DNA of 64,000 bases. Source: the human T2T-CHM13v2.0 reference genome, Homo sapiens. A model generated the notes under the pieces. The model was not told the origin of the DNA, did not search any database, and was given only the letters and a program-made list of their open reading frames with translations. Both the position numbers and the translations under genes were made by a program. The stretch lies in NCBI RefSeq assembly GCF_009914755.1, contig NC_060928.1, one strand, 5' to 3'. Below are positions 14,121-26,931 of this stretch, in pieces. Position 1 is the first letter of the stretch. Each line of letters starts with the position of its first letter.

Positions 14121-14418
14121 TTATTTATTTATTTATTTTTGAGATGAAGTCTTGCTCTGTTGCCAGGCTGGAGTGCAGTGGCGCGATCTCGGCTCACCGC
14201 AACCTCTGCCTTCTGGGTTCAAGCAATTCTCTGCCTCAGCCTCCGAAGTAACTGGGATTACAGGCGCCCGCCACCAGGCCTGGCTAATTTTTTGTATTTT
14301 TAGTAGAGACAGGGTTTCACCATCTTGACCAGGCTGGTCTTAAACTCTGACCTCGTGATCCACTCGCCTCGGCCTCCCAAAGTGCTGAGATTACAGGAGT
14401 GCGCCACAGCGCTCGGCC
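14118..14418 (-). mobile_element. AluS (Sg/Sc-like)
   Basis: (TTTA)n tail, then gagatgaagtcttgctctg...gacctcgtgatcc...cgctcggcc. Confidence 0.93.
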
Positions 14419-15652
14419 AATGTATTCATTTTTAATGTTTGTGCTAAAGCCCTTGTTGAGTAGTTTTATTAATAAAGCACCTGTAGTTAAAGATTATATT
14501 GAAAAATAATATAATCAGTGATAAAGAAAATGGGCACTTGAGATAGATCCCCTTGAAATTTGTTTCCGCAGTTTTCTACCTGAATATTTATCCTCTTTTT
14601 TTTTCTGATTCTTACCTGTAACTGAAGATATTTAAAAACTCCTCTACAGGATTATGGACTTTAAATATGCTAGTTAAGCTGAATGCATTTAAAGGCATTT
14701 TAGAGTAATACACAAAGTTAGTATTTAATGAAATCAAGTATAAACGAGAGGATCAGTGTTTCATAAAAAAGCTCACCTAGAAAAATTAAGTAAATTACCA
14801 AACAGAATTAAATATCCAATCAATATAAAATGCCCCTTCCTAAACATTGTGGGCTCTATAAAAGCCCTAGCTTTATAGGATGTTAACTAACATTATTTCA
14901 AAATAGACTTATATCATCGAATGAATTGGGAAACTCAAGGTTAAAAGAAGAAATCTTTAAGTTTATATTTTGATATATGTTTTAATCATGACAAGCCATA
15001 AAATTCACTTCACTGGACTGAAACAGAAGAAATTCATTAGGTGAAATTTAAATGTAAGAGGTGTTAGGGGTAAAATTTCAGTTAAATAGAGTAGTAAATA
15101 TAGGTGATTTATAAGATAAATCCCTCCTTGCTTGTTCAAGAAAAGGTAATAAATGGATGGACAGTTAAAAGACAGACAGACAGAAAGCTAGATAATGAGA
15201 TAAGGTATACAACAGAGTGAACTATGACTAACATTTAGTGAGATTGTGTTTTATTGATTTAGTTTGTGTTTATAGATTTAGTTATTATTTGTATTTACAT
15301 GTTCAAAGAAGTAGAGACTTATAATTACAAGATGTACTTTTTAGCTTAAGAATATTCTATGGCAGAACTAGCTATGTTTGCCCATTAGTGAAGCATACCC
15401 TACAGATTATTTTATTGATTTTCTTTCAGCTAATGAATTCAGTAAAAATTCAGTAAAAGTGATGATCAGAGCCATGATTTCTTAGATGCGTGAAAGGGAA
15501 GTCTGATAAGAGCTGAATACTACTCAGAATAAAATTGGAGGTTATAAGAAAACAGCTGATATTCTGCGACTTAAATAAGATGTTAGAAGAACCTATTTGT
15601 TGCCCTATAATAAACCACGGAAGACATTATTTATTGCTCTGAATTCGATGTG

Positions 15653-16127
15653 TGTGGTAGAGGGAATAACAGCCCCAAAGATGTTCACATTATAAGCCCC
15701 ATAACATGTAAATATGTTAGTTTATATGGCAAAGAAAGAGTTTGCAGATGTGTATAAATTAAAGAACTTAACATGAGGAATTTATCCTGAATTACCCTGG
15801 TTGGTCCAATTCATAAGGATCTTTATAAGAGAAAAGAAAAAAGGGGAGAAAGCACAGAGTAGGCCGTATGACAACAAAAGCAAAAGGAGAAAAGGCCACG
15901 TAATGGGAGGCCAAGACTGAAGAAATAAGGACAACACTCATCCTGGAAAAAGCCAGAAAAGAGATTCTGTATCTTTAAGAGACAGCCAGCCTGCCAATAC
16001 TGTGACTTTAGTCCGTCGAGACTAATTATGGACTTTTGATGTCCCAAACTATAAAATAATAAATATATGTTGTTTTAAGCCACTAATTTGTGGTTATTTG
16101 TTATAGCAACAATAGGAAATTAATACA
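15653..16127 (+). mobile_element. MLT1 (MLT1D-like) solo LTR
   Basis: Starts tgtggtag...ccccaaagatgttcac; ends ccactaatttgtggttatttgttatagcaacaataggaaattaataca. Confidence 0.85.
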
Positions 16128-16604
16128 GTTGGTATGCTAACCTTGCAATTCTTCAGTATAATCAACAGACAGTCTAGTACTTCATTAAAAGGTTTTTCTT
16201 TTTATGCCAAACTTACTAATAACATAGTGGCAATCATTGAGCTGTTTTTCCAACTGCCAACAAACAGTGGCTACCTTCACAGTCTTAATATAAACCCCAG
16301 CACCTGTCGCTGTGATTTGAGCTCTGAATAGCACCTTTATTAAGGCCTCAAAAAGGGCATCTGGAAGGCATCATTAATGCCTAAAAGCAGCTTAGTCATA
16401 GGGAAGGGGGTTGATTCTCAAATCTGTGTTAATAAATTCTGAACTAGACATTCTCTGAATCTTTAAAGAAAGCTTTGTCTCAAACAATATACAAAATATT
16501 ATTATCATTTAAAATTTATGTACAAGAGTTTAGCATAGCCTTTCTTAGACCCCAAAGTCAAATGAACGTCTCTTCTAAAACTATTTTAAAACCAAAAGCA
16601 AGGA

Positions 16605-16609
<5 letters not shown>

Positions 16610-16655
<46 letters not shown>
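16610..16655. repeat. (CA)n microsatellite
   Basis: Direct reading. Confidence 0.97.
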
Positions 16656-16658
<3 letters not shown>

Positions 16659-17258
16659 AAGTAATAAAATTTTCAGAAACTCTCCCTTCTTCCCATTCTG
16701 TTATACGGAGCCAATACGAATACATTTGCACCTGTAAGTCTTTGGACAGCAACTCTGACTAATTACACTTTGGAGTAGAACTCATGACTTATTCATCTTT
16801 ATGTCCCTTGCATAATCCAATGCATAGTAGAAGCTCAAAAGTAGCATGATATATGAATAAATTCTATTTGACCCAAAAACATTCATGATTAAATGTATTA
16901 CCACCAATTATATTACATTGCGAATACAGATAAAGAGGTTACTTTGACAAAAAAATATAGATGAGGTACAGTGTATACCCGTTTCCTAAACAATGAGTCT
17001 GGAGCTAATGTGTTGTTGGAGTTTCATATCTGATTTATTCATGTTTCTAGGTTTGCTCTTAGCTCTATGGAGTGCTCTACATCTATAACGAGAACTCTCT
17101 CTATAGATACAGGGAGAGAGAGAGAGAGATGTTTAGAGCCACCATTTTTAGAAGTGTGAAAGGGAAGTCTGATAAGAGCTAACTATTATGAAAAATATAA
17201 GCAGAAGTTATGGGAAAATAGCTGATATTCTGCAACTTAAATAAAGTATGAGAAGAGC

Positions 17259-17265
17259 TGTGTGT

Positions 17266-17302
<37 letters not shown>

Positions 17303-17350
17303 AGAGAGAGAAAAAAAATAGATAGGAGAGAAAGTGAGAGAGAGAGACAG
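17259..17350. repeat. Compound (TG)n/(GA)n microsatellite
   Basis: Direct reading. Confidence 0.9.
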
Positions 17351-17354
17351 ATCG

Positions 17355-17758
17355 AACTCCAAGTAAAGGATTTATCTGGGAATAACATACTAAAAGTAGA
17401 ATTGCAATTCAGAATATACATATAGACCAGGGAAGCCTCTGGTACGCCTGAAGAACAAAGAAAACACTAGAGTTTTTTGGGAAAAGAATAAAGCTAAGTA
17501 TGCCGTTTTGAAAGAAATTTATTGGCGTGCTTGTGGTGCTATGCTGGGGCTGGTAAGCTCTTACTGGAGAGTGGTGGCAGTCATTAGGTAAAACTTGTCT
17601 TTAAAGTCATAGCAAGCCATTTTGGCCTTGGATTGGGTTTGTTAGACAGTTCCTGGAGCAGGTCTTTGTGACCTGAATGCTTTCTCCGCATGGATTCTTG
17701 ACTCCATTTCAGTTGGGTATAACAACAATAATTTCAGTTTGTATAATCAACTTTCACA
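17355..17758 (-). mobile_element. ERV1 MER4-group LTR (MER67-like)
   Basis: Right end ...gttgggtataacaac...tttgtataatcaactttcaca is the reverse complement of TGTGAAAGTTGATTATACAAA...ACCCAACT; left boundary approximate. Confidence 0.65.
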
Positions 17759-17759
17759 G

Positions 17760-18169
17760 GGCTCTGACCCTTTTCTTCACTTCTGGGCCCAGAGAAAGCA
17801 TCATGTTTTGTATTAAACCTGTGGCTGTTTACAGGTATGTTTGACTATAAGGCAGTATGCAGGAATTAATTTATCTTGGAGTAATATTTGACCAAGAAGA
17901 GATAGGAGATGGCAAGTATTTTGTAAATAAATCTCTTGCCCTTCCTTTTAGAAGATATCCCATATGAATAAGCAACACATTTTCTGTTGTTTCTGTTGAA
18001 GCTTGGGAGAGACTTGTAATGTACTGTATTGTATTTGTTTCTTCTCCTTCCCAGACTTCCTTTCTTTTTTTCTCCCCTTCTAATTTCCCTGGGATTACAT
18101 TCCCCAGGAGAGAGCTGGTAATTGACTTTTGCTTTAAACTCTGTTATTTAGGTATCTTTGGCCAAGACA
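17760..18169 (+). mobile_element. ERVL LTR fragment (LTR16/LTR33-like)
   Basis: 3' end tccctgggattacattcccc...ttttgctttaaactctgttatttaggtatctttggccaagaca resembles LTR16-type termini. Confidence 0.55.
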
Positions 18170-20089
18170 GTTTCATTCTAGGGGCTAGGGCTTGGAAAAA
18201 TGACAGAATCAATAAAAGTTGAAAATTTCAAACATCTTTCCCAAAGAAATAAGCATAAAAATAATATACATTATTTTTTCATTTGAATTTTAAAAATCAG
18301 AAATAGTGAGACCTGTAGCTCATTATGGATGTTGGAGATATGCAGATTATTGGCTCTATGTTTCAATAGTCATTAGAATTTTTCATGTTGAGCACCCTTT
18401 GCTTGAATCTTCATCAGTTGTCTACTTCTTGTACATCTTCAAAACAATCACGTCTCTTTCTGGGCTTGTCTAGCTTCTAAATATTGTTCAGGCATCATCT
18501 AACCCTGTCTCTTGCTAAGCATGTTCTACATATGATGTATTTTCTTTTAAGTAATTACAAACTGCTCATCTACAGTTACAAAAAGTCTTTCAGAAGTACT
18601 TTCTTTATGTACTATATAGATTGAGAATAAAATAGCTATGTTTTGTGCTGATTTCATAATATTAATATTTCATTTATACTCAAAAACCCAGTAATATAGG
18701 TAACAAATAACACATTAAAGTTTTCCTTTTTGTTGCATTTTAAAATATTTTAATTTCTTAATTTTCTCAGCTATTCTAATGGACTGTCATATCTTGAATT
18801 TTGGTCTTACAATTTTATAATGACAAATTGTCTACTTTTTGTCCTATGTAATGAAGTATCAAATTGAAGGTCTAGGTACAAAAATTTCTATCATGATAAA
18901 TCATTTGGTATATCTTAGACTATAACTATATGTCTGCTATTTGTAATTTTGTATCCCTTATCCCCTTTTATTCTTCATACTCATCTTAAACAACATTAGT
19001 TTAATATCATTTACCTATGAATGCCTACCAAAAGTTTGTTTGGGATACCAAAGGTTTGTTTTAATAAGTAAAAGGCAATGTCTTTGCTCACTTTCTCAGA
19101 AGAATATTTTCTGAGAAAAAATAAGTAAACCACTATTTAAATAAAATAGTTTGTACTGTAAAAAGAAGTGTGTATACCTTTCTAAAATGAAGGTCAAAAA
19201 GTATATGCACAAAACTTTTACAAAGGAAAGGAGCATAATTTTACAGAAAACATTATTAAATGAAGCCTTTCTCCATAATATTTGGAAATTGTTTTATTAA
19301 GATAAAAATAACTTTTCAATAGCAAATTGTTTCAGAAGCAAAAGAAAAAAACATTGTTTAGGTGAAAAAAATAACCTCTCATGGAACTTACAAACAACAA
19401 GCAGCTGTGTGTTTTTAACCTCTGTCATATTTTTTGCTTATGTTTTGCCTCTTTTTAAGAAAAAGCATCTTGGCTTCTCTCCTCAATTTCTAGCATTTGG
19501 TCATTTTTTAAAAAATCACAGATGCTCACTTGCTTAAGTAATTGTATTCAAATGATTTTTATTGCATAAAAATGATCTCACTGTTGGATATTGTCTATGG
19601 TTTGAGTATACAGCACAAGCCATTTAAATAATAAGGTAGTTGCTTCCAACTTTAATCTTGCCTATAGAGACTAACAGGCAATGTCTAGCTTCATTACCCT
19701 TTAGGCAGTTAAAGTACAATATTAATTAGTATTTCTGCTTTCTCAGTGTCCATAACAATTCTTCTATCTCATTCAGTAGCTGTTTGTGGTAAATGTTCCT
19801 GCATACCTGTGGTTTCGTAGATTTCTACCATTGGCCACAATGTGGAATTGTAGAAGAAGAAGGTCTATGTAAAGTTTCCAGAAATTTCACTCTATTATAT
19901 TATAGGACATATATGTTGGAATGTATATGTATTTCTTAGTAAACTAAGACTGTTTTATTCTATACCTAGAAATTAATTGCATGTAATCAGTACACAGTAT
20001 TGGGTAATATCAAAATCCTTGATTGAAATTGCCATTAACTTGAGATTATGTTTGCAAATCAGATTAGTGTATTGACTAATTGCACAATA

Positions 20090-20210
20090 CTAAAATATGA
20101 ACTGGGTTCTAGGTCCTACTCAGTCCTTTATACCTGATCATGCAGTCAAGTAACTTAATTTTTATTCACGCCTCAGTTTTCATATTTATGAAATGGAGTA
20201 ATAAGCTATT
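20090..20210 (+). mobile_element. MIR core
   Basis: ctgggttctaggtcctactc...gtcaagtaacttaa...gcctcagttttcatatttatgaaatggagtaata. Confidence 0.7.
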
Positions 20211-21469
20211 TTGTGATAAAAATATTTTCTTCTATATTCTATAGCTTAGCAGGGTGCTCCTAGCTAAGAGTCAATAAATATTTGTTTATCGGAGAGACTA
20301 AAACAAGTGATTTTATCAGATGATCTTTTAAAGGCCGTTCCTGTTCAGAGACCGTTAGTTATTTACAATGCCTATTTGTCCCATGCTACACGTAAGTAGC
20401 AGAAAAGTGCAAAATATTTGTAAAAAGGAAGAAATTTTGACGAATAATAATGTCTTCTATGTGTAATGGCTTAGCCACTTTATAAGGACTGAGGCCTCAA
20501 TTCATTCTGAAGTAGTTTTTAATAAATAGTGATATTTATTTTCAGGTGTCTAGGCCCACAAGTTGTGGACAATTGAATAAAGTGCATCTATGGTAAACCA
20601 CCTTGAGAAAAATATATCATAATATGGTGCACTCAATAAATGCTACAATCTGATAAGGTCACATGTCTTTTAATCCTCAAGACTGGAGCTATTGCTAATG
20701 GGCCAGAAGAGCTGAAATTCTAATATCAATCTCTTTGCATTTCACCCTCCTCTTTCCAAAATGTGGAAATACATGAAGTTCTGAGGAAGAGGTTGGTGCT
20801 GCAGGCTTTAATGGGGGATATTCTAAAGCCTGTTCAGTGGCATTGTTGTTGCTTCTCCAAGCTACATAAAATTACAGCTCAGAAAAATTGATCTGGGAGT
20901 TGTAGAAATCTGCTGAATCATGTTTTTTAGATCTATGGCTCCTTCTCTCTTAAACTCTGTCCACAGTTTTACTCACTTGTTCAATTCTCAACGTGTTATT
21001 TTTTAGCACATTTAATCCTTCCTTCAGATCCTCAAGATGCTAGCAGTCCCAGGAATGTTCTGTTCATGTGATTTTGGCATGAGTCTTTTACCCAAAATCA
21101 TTTTTACCTTTCCAACCAGAAGATTCACTTCTAAGCCTAAAGCAGCATCAATAATCCTTTATTCTGCCAAATATAACCAATATAACTTTTTTGCTACTTT
21201 TGTGCTCTAGTATTAAAAATTCCAAACAACAACAACAACAAAAAAGTAAGTCCTTGGTAGGACATCTTACTATACACAATCACACATATATGTGTACACA
21301 CACATGTATATACGTATATATAAACACACACATTCAAATACACACACATATAACAAGAAATAAAATTTTTGTAAAGACTTTTGTTTCCTTGGTGTGCCCA
21401 TTATACAACTTTGAAACACTTCCTTTCTGTAAATTGCACATTGAGAACATTTATTTCAAATGTTATTTG

Positions 21470-21690
21470 TACTCTAGATTCTGTGTAAGTGATTTGTGTG
21501 TATTATTTTAGTGCATACTTAAAAATGTTATGAACTAATAATTTTCATTAACTACATTTTACAGATGAGAAAACTGAGGCTGAAGGTGATTAATTTAGGA
21601 GCAAATTCTCAGAGCTATTATTGGCAGGTCAGTATTCTTTCAGAAATTTTTCTGAATCTAGAATCGGTGCTAATAACCTTTACGCTGCTT
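21470..21690 (-). mobile_element. MIR
   Basis: cattttacagatgagaaaactgaggctgaaggtgattaattt is the reverse complement of the MIR core. Confidence 0.75.
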
Positions 21691-21796
21691 TCTATCACTT
21701 TGCAGTTGGTCCTATGTTGCTTCAGATTTTATGATTTTTCATCCTTCCAAATGAAAAAAGTTATTTTTGGTTTCCTTTTAACTAAAGAGAAAATTT

Positions 21797-22116
21797 GCTG
21801 GGCAAGGTAGCTCACATGTGTAATCCCAGCACTTTAGGAAGCTGAGGCAGGCGGATCCCCTGAGGTCAAGAGTTCAAGTCCAGCTTGGCCAACATGATGA
21901 AACCCTGTCTCTACAAAAAATACAAAAATTATCTGGGTGTGGTTGTGCATGCCTGTAATCCCAGCTACTCGGGAGGCTGAGGAAGGAGAATCACTTCAAC
22001 TTGGGAGGCGGAGGCTGTAGAGAGCAGGGATTGTGCCACTGTACTCCATCCTCGGTGACAGAGTGAGACCCTGTCTCATGAATAAATAAACAAATAAATA
22101 AATAAATAAAATTAAA
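21797..22116 (+). mobile_element. Old Alu (AluJb/Sz-like)
   Basis: Full dimer with (TAAA)n tail; perfect 14-bp TSD taaagagaaaattt at 21783-21796 / 22117-22130. Confidence 0.93.
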
Positions 22117-23376
22117 TAAAGAGAAAATTTTCTTTGCTTTTTCTTGTTTTTGGATTCCGCCATACCAACCAAAGTAGTTCAATCACTTGTTACGTAGATA
22201 CATTTTATTATCTTATTATGTATTAGCCTGACAGTATGGTTCTGAGTTGTGAACCCATCTTTTGAAAGGCAAAATAAATAAGTAGAGGCCTGTTTTTACA
22301 ATTAATTGCTTGTGTAACTTTGGACATGTACTAATCCATTGAAATTATTTAGCACTCAGATTCCATATCTCTAAATGTCTAAGATGAAGGTATTATGTTC
22401 CCAGTATCTTTTTATTCCAAAATTCTGTGTTTTTATGCAGTGTTTCATATATAAAAATTACTTGTTTAATTAAGAACCAGCATCCTCACAAAACGAATTG
22501 AGTTTATTTTTATTTTTATTTTTGCCAAACATTTACCAATGTGCTTAGAAATACTGGGAATCAAGTTAATTTTGTATGTTCTTTTATTTGTAATGGGTTT
22601 TTTAAAATCATTTAAATCCAATCTTTCACTTATCCTTACTTTATCTGGGAGACAACTATGCAACTTGAAATTTTAAAATAATTTTAAGCATGATTTGTTT
22701 AGGATATGCTTAAATATTAAGGCAGTTGATTTGTAAAATAGCAAAGTGGTAGGGAATAATTAATGTTTTTAAATAACATTTTAATTGATAAAACAGTGTT
22801 TAGAAGTGCATTTTTTGAAGTTCAGGAATTTGAAGTTCTTTTCAAATATTTTATTACCATGATATTATGAATTTTTGATATAAAAACATATTACGGAACA
22901 TATTAGCAGGAAACTTTACCTTTATAGAAAAAACAATTGCTTGTATTGTATTTTTAGTATAGAATAACAAATAGATGTATAACAGAGAAAAGAGAACAGT
23001 TTGCAGAAAACTATTTTAGAAAACAGATTTGCATGTGTCCATGATAATACATATTGTTTTTCATTTTACTGTATTTAAGCTCAAGATAGTTGATGTGATG
23101 TAGAGTGTGTAAAAGGTTATGTTCAAACAAACAAGCCTAAATTTCACGTAATTCGGACTTACTGGTTAATTCAACAACTTTTTATTGATTTTGTTTATTG
23201 TGATAGGCTTTGAGTAAGCGAAATTAGAACAGAACTGTTCCCAGCCTAATAGACATATTTACCACTTAGTGGATGCAGTTGCTTTACTAAATTTTACATG
23301 CATTTTCTCAACTAAACCTTTTATCAATGTGATTACAATTATTATCCTAATTTTATGAATATTAAAACTAAGGGAC

Positions 23377-24330
23377 ATATCCAGAATATGCAAGAACTCT
23401 TAAAGTTCAACAAAACTTAAAGAAAATTGGAAAATATTTAAAATGAGAAAAAGATATGAACAAAGAGCGCACCAATGAACATAAAAACGGCAAGTACGTG
23501 AAAATATGCTTAACATAATTTGTGACTAGGGAAATACAAGTGCCTGTATCAAAACTCCTCATGTACTACATAATTATATACACCTACTATGTACCCACAA
23601 AAATTAAAAATTAAAGAATTTAAAAATGCAATAAATTACTATTACGCACATAACAGAATGAGTAAGATCCAAAATAAAACAAACATATAACAATACCAAT
23701 TGCTGATGAGGAAGTGGAACAACAGGAATTCTCACTGCTGGTGAGAATTAAACCTGGTATGGCCACTTTGGAAAATTGTTTAACGGTTTCTTACAAAACT
23801 AAATGTAATGGTACCATAGATCGTGCAGTCACATGCCTAGATATTTGCCAAACTGATTTAAAATTTAACAACTACGGAAAACCCTGCAATGAGTATTTAC
23901 AGCAACTTTATTCAAAATCACCAAAAACAGGTAGGGACCACAATGTCTTTCAAGGTGAATCGATAAACTGTGGTACATCCATATAATTAAATACAATTCA
24001 GTGATAAAAACAAATGCGCTATAAAGCCACAAAAAGACATAGATGCACTTAAATGCATATTGCTAAATAAAATACTGAAAAGGCAATATGTTGTTTATAT
24101 AAAAGTTTTTTTTAAAAAACAAGGCTATAAAAATAGTAAACAGATTAGCGGTAGTCAGGGGTTTGGGGTAGGGGAAGTGAGGAAACAGAAATAAACAACT
24201 GAAGAAAAACAGATTTTATAAGGACAATGAAATTATTCTGTATGATAATTCAATGTTGAATACATGAGTCTGCATTTGTCAAAACTCATGTAAATTAACA
24301 GTGTTGTGAGTAAATCATAATATTATATAT
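23377..24330 (+). mobile_element. Ancient L1 (L1MC/MD-type) ORF2 end and 3'UTR
   Basis: tatccagaatatgcaagaactctta..., gaggaagtggaacaacaggaattctcactgctggtgagaat, gcatttgtcaaaactcat. Confidence 0.75.
23540..23623 (+). mobile_element. Tiny 5'-truncated L1MA-type 3' end nested in older L1
   Basis: catgtactacataattatatacacctactatgtacccacaaaaattaaaaatt; TSD aaatacaa (23532-23539) / aaatgcaa (23624-23631). Confidence 0.7.
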
Positions 24331-24344
24331 TTTCCTTTAATTAG

Positions 24345-26708
24345 GAGACAAAATGGCTTTATTGGTGAATTCTATCAAATATTTACCATGATTATTTAAA
24401 TATTCTCCTAAGAAACAGAAGAGGAGGAAATACATTCCAACCCATTCCCATATCCAGTATTACCATAATACCAAAACCTGACAAAGATATCACAAGATAA
24501 CTACAGACCAATACCCCAATGAATATTAATGCAGAAGTCCTCAATAAAAACTACCAATATGAATTCAACAGCATGTAATAAATATTATAAACCTCGACCA
24601 AGTGGGATTTATCCAAGGGATGACAGCTTGGTTCAAAATAAGAAAATGAATCGCTGAAAACACCATATTCACAGAATCAAGGTTGGTGTCAGGGGTGGGA
24701 ATCGATCATCTCAATAGATGCAGAAAAATAACTGACGAAATCCAATACATTTTCATGACTGAAAAAACACTGTGAAAAGTGGAAATAGAAGAATTTTCTG
24801 AAAAGCAAGGTCATGCTTATTTCTGAAAGAATGAAAACCTTTTCTCTGAAAATCAAAAAGAAGACAAGGATTAGAAGACTACCTTTATCATTGCTTTCAA
24901 ATAATGTATTGTAACTTCTAACTAGAACAATAAGGCAAGGAAAAGAAATAAAAGAAATTTAGATTTTAAAGGAAGAAGCAAAACTATCTCTATTTGCAGA
25001 TGATACTCTCTTATATACAGAAACCTCCCAAAATTCACAAAATCTATCAGAACTAATAAATCTGTTCTACAAAGTTGCAAGTTATAAGCTCAATATTTTT
25101 AAATGGTGTATTTTGATACATTAGCAATAAATGATGTGAAAATAAAACTAAGAAAACAAACAATTTTATTTCCATTGGCATCAACAAGAATAAAGTATTT
25201 AGAAATAAATTTAACCGAAGAAGTGCAAGATGTACGGTGAAGGCTTATGCAGTGACAAAAAAATGTTGAGATAAATAATACCTACCTAAATGAAAGGCAT
25301 ATTTTATTTATTGTTAAGATGAAAATACTTCAAAAACTGATCTGCAGATTTAATGTAATTCCTATCAAAATTCCAACTACCTTCTATTTTCTCAGAAATA
25401 AAAAAACTTAACTTGAAATTCATAATGAAATTCAAGGAGCCCAGCATCAGCAAAACAATCTTGCAAAGGAACGAAGTTGAAGAACTTACACTTCTCAATT
25501 TAAAAACTTCCTACTAAACAAGAGTAATCAAGAAAAGATAGTAGTGACATAAGAATAGACATATAGAGCAATGAAATAGAATTATTTCAGAGATAAATCT
25601 TTATGTATCTATAGTGAATTGATTTCAACAAGGGTGCCAAAAATAGTTTATATTCTTTTCAACAAATGCTTCTAAGGGAGGAGACCACCCCTCATATTGT
25701 CTTATGCCCAATTTCTGCCTCCAAAGAAAGAAGAAGTAAAAACTAAAGGGTAGAAATGAAATCCACAGGCAGACAGGCCGGCACCACGCCCTGGGCCTGG
25801 TAGTTAAAGATCCACCCCTGACCTAACTGGTTATGTTATCTATAGATTCCAGACATTGTATGGAAACTCATTGTGAACATCCCTGTCCTCTTCTGTTCCA
25901 TTCTAATTACCGGTGCATGCAGCCCCCATTTGATCACGACCCTCTCATGCAGACTCCTTTAGAGTTGTAAGCCCTTAAAAGGAACAGAAATTCGGATTTT
26001 GGAGACGTGAACCCGCCGATGCTTCCAGCTGAATAAAGCCCTTTCCTTCTACAGCTTGGCATCTGAGGGGTTCTTGTCTGCGGCTTGTCCTGCTACATTT
26101 CTAGGACATCTGAATATCCATATGCAATAAAAGGAAGTTGGGCTTCTACTTCACAACATATGTGAAAATTAAGTCAAAGTGGGTCAAAACCTAAAAATTA
26201 TTATTTAAACTATAAAACTCTTATAAAATAATATAGCTGTCAATCTTTGTAATGTTGGATTTGTCACTGGTCTTAGATTTGACTCTGAATGTATAAGCAA
26301 CAACAACATGTAAACAGATAAACAGGACTTGTCAAAAAAAAAAACTTTTGGCATCAAAGGACACTTTCAAGAAAAGACAATCTACAGAATGGGAGAAAAT
26401 ATTTTCAAATATATATCTGCTAAGGGCCTACTATCCAGAATATATAAACACCTCACACATCTCACCATAAAAAGACAAATAATCCATTTAAAAGCAGGCA
26501 AAGGATTTGATGGATATTTCTACAGAGAAAGTATCTTAGTGGCCAGTAAGCATATGAACAAATAATGAAACACAGTCAATAAAGAAATGCAAATCAAAAT
26601 TACAATGAGATATCACTTTATAACCACTATATAGTCAAATAAGTGGAAAATAACAAGTGTTGACAGGGAAGTGAAAAAACTGAAACCCTGATCTATTGCT
26701 CATGGAAA
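24345..26708 (+). mobile_element. Ancient L1M ORF2 (RT region), split by LTR2
   Basis: atcatctcaatagatgcagaaaaa and ctatttgcagatgatac (FADD motif); ORF 26329-26565 GENIFKYISAKGLLSRIYK. Confidence 0.85.
25673..26097 (+). mobile_element. LTR2 (HERV-E/Harlequin) solo LTR
   Basis: Starts taagggaggagaccacccctcatattgtcttatgcccaatttctgcc; AATAAA at ~26032; ends cttgtcctgctaca; 4-bp TSD cttc / tttc. Confidence 0.9.
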
Positions 26709-26931
26709 CAAACTCAGGTGTTCAATAAATTATCATGTCAAAATAACTTAATTTCCATACTTTTCTAAAATAACTTAATTGCCATACTTCTCCACGTATG
26801 GTGTTACTTTTATTACAGCCCATTCTCCTTGTTAACTTACATGGACTCTGATTTCCCTGAGAGTTTAATTCAAGTTCTGGAAGGTTTGCATCCTGATGAG
26901 GAGTTAGGAATGAACATCTGGTTCTCTGGTT

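Noticed and set aside
13610-14251. 213-aa and 137-aa ORFs rich in I/Y/F
   Set aside because: They are translations of the AT minisatellite plus Alu antisense; there is no coding signal.
19026-19061. Short tandem duplication taccaaa(a/g)gtttgttt (similarly tgtacttacatg x2 at ~60477)
   Set aside because: Common slippage-scale duplication with no further structure.
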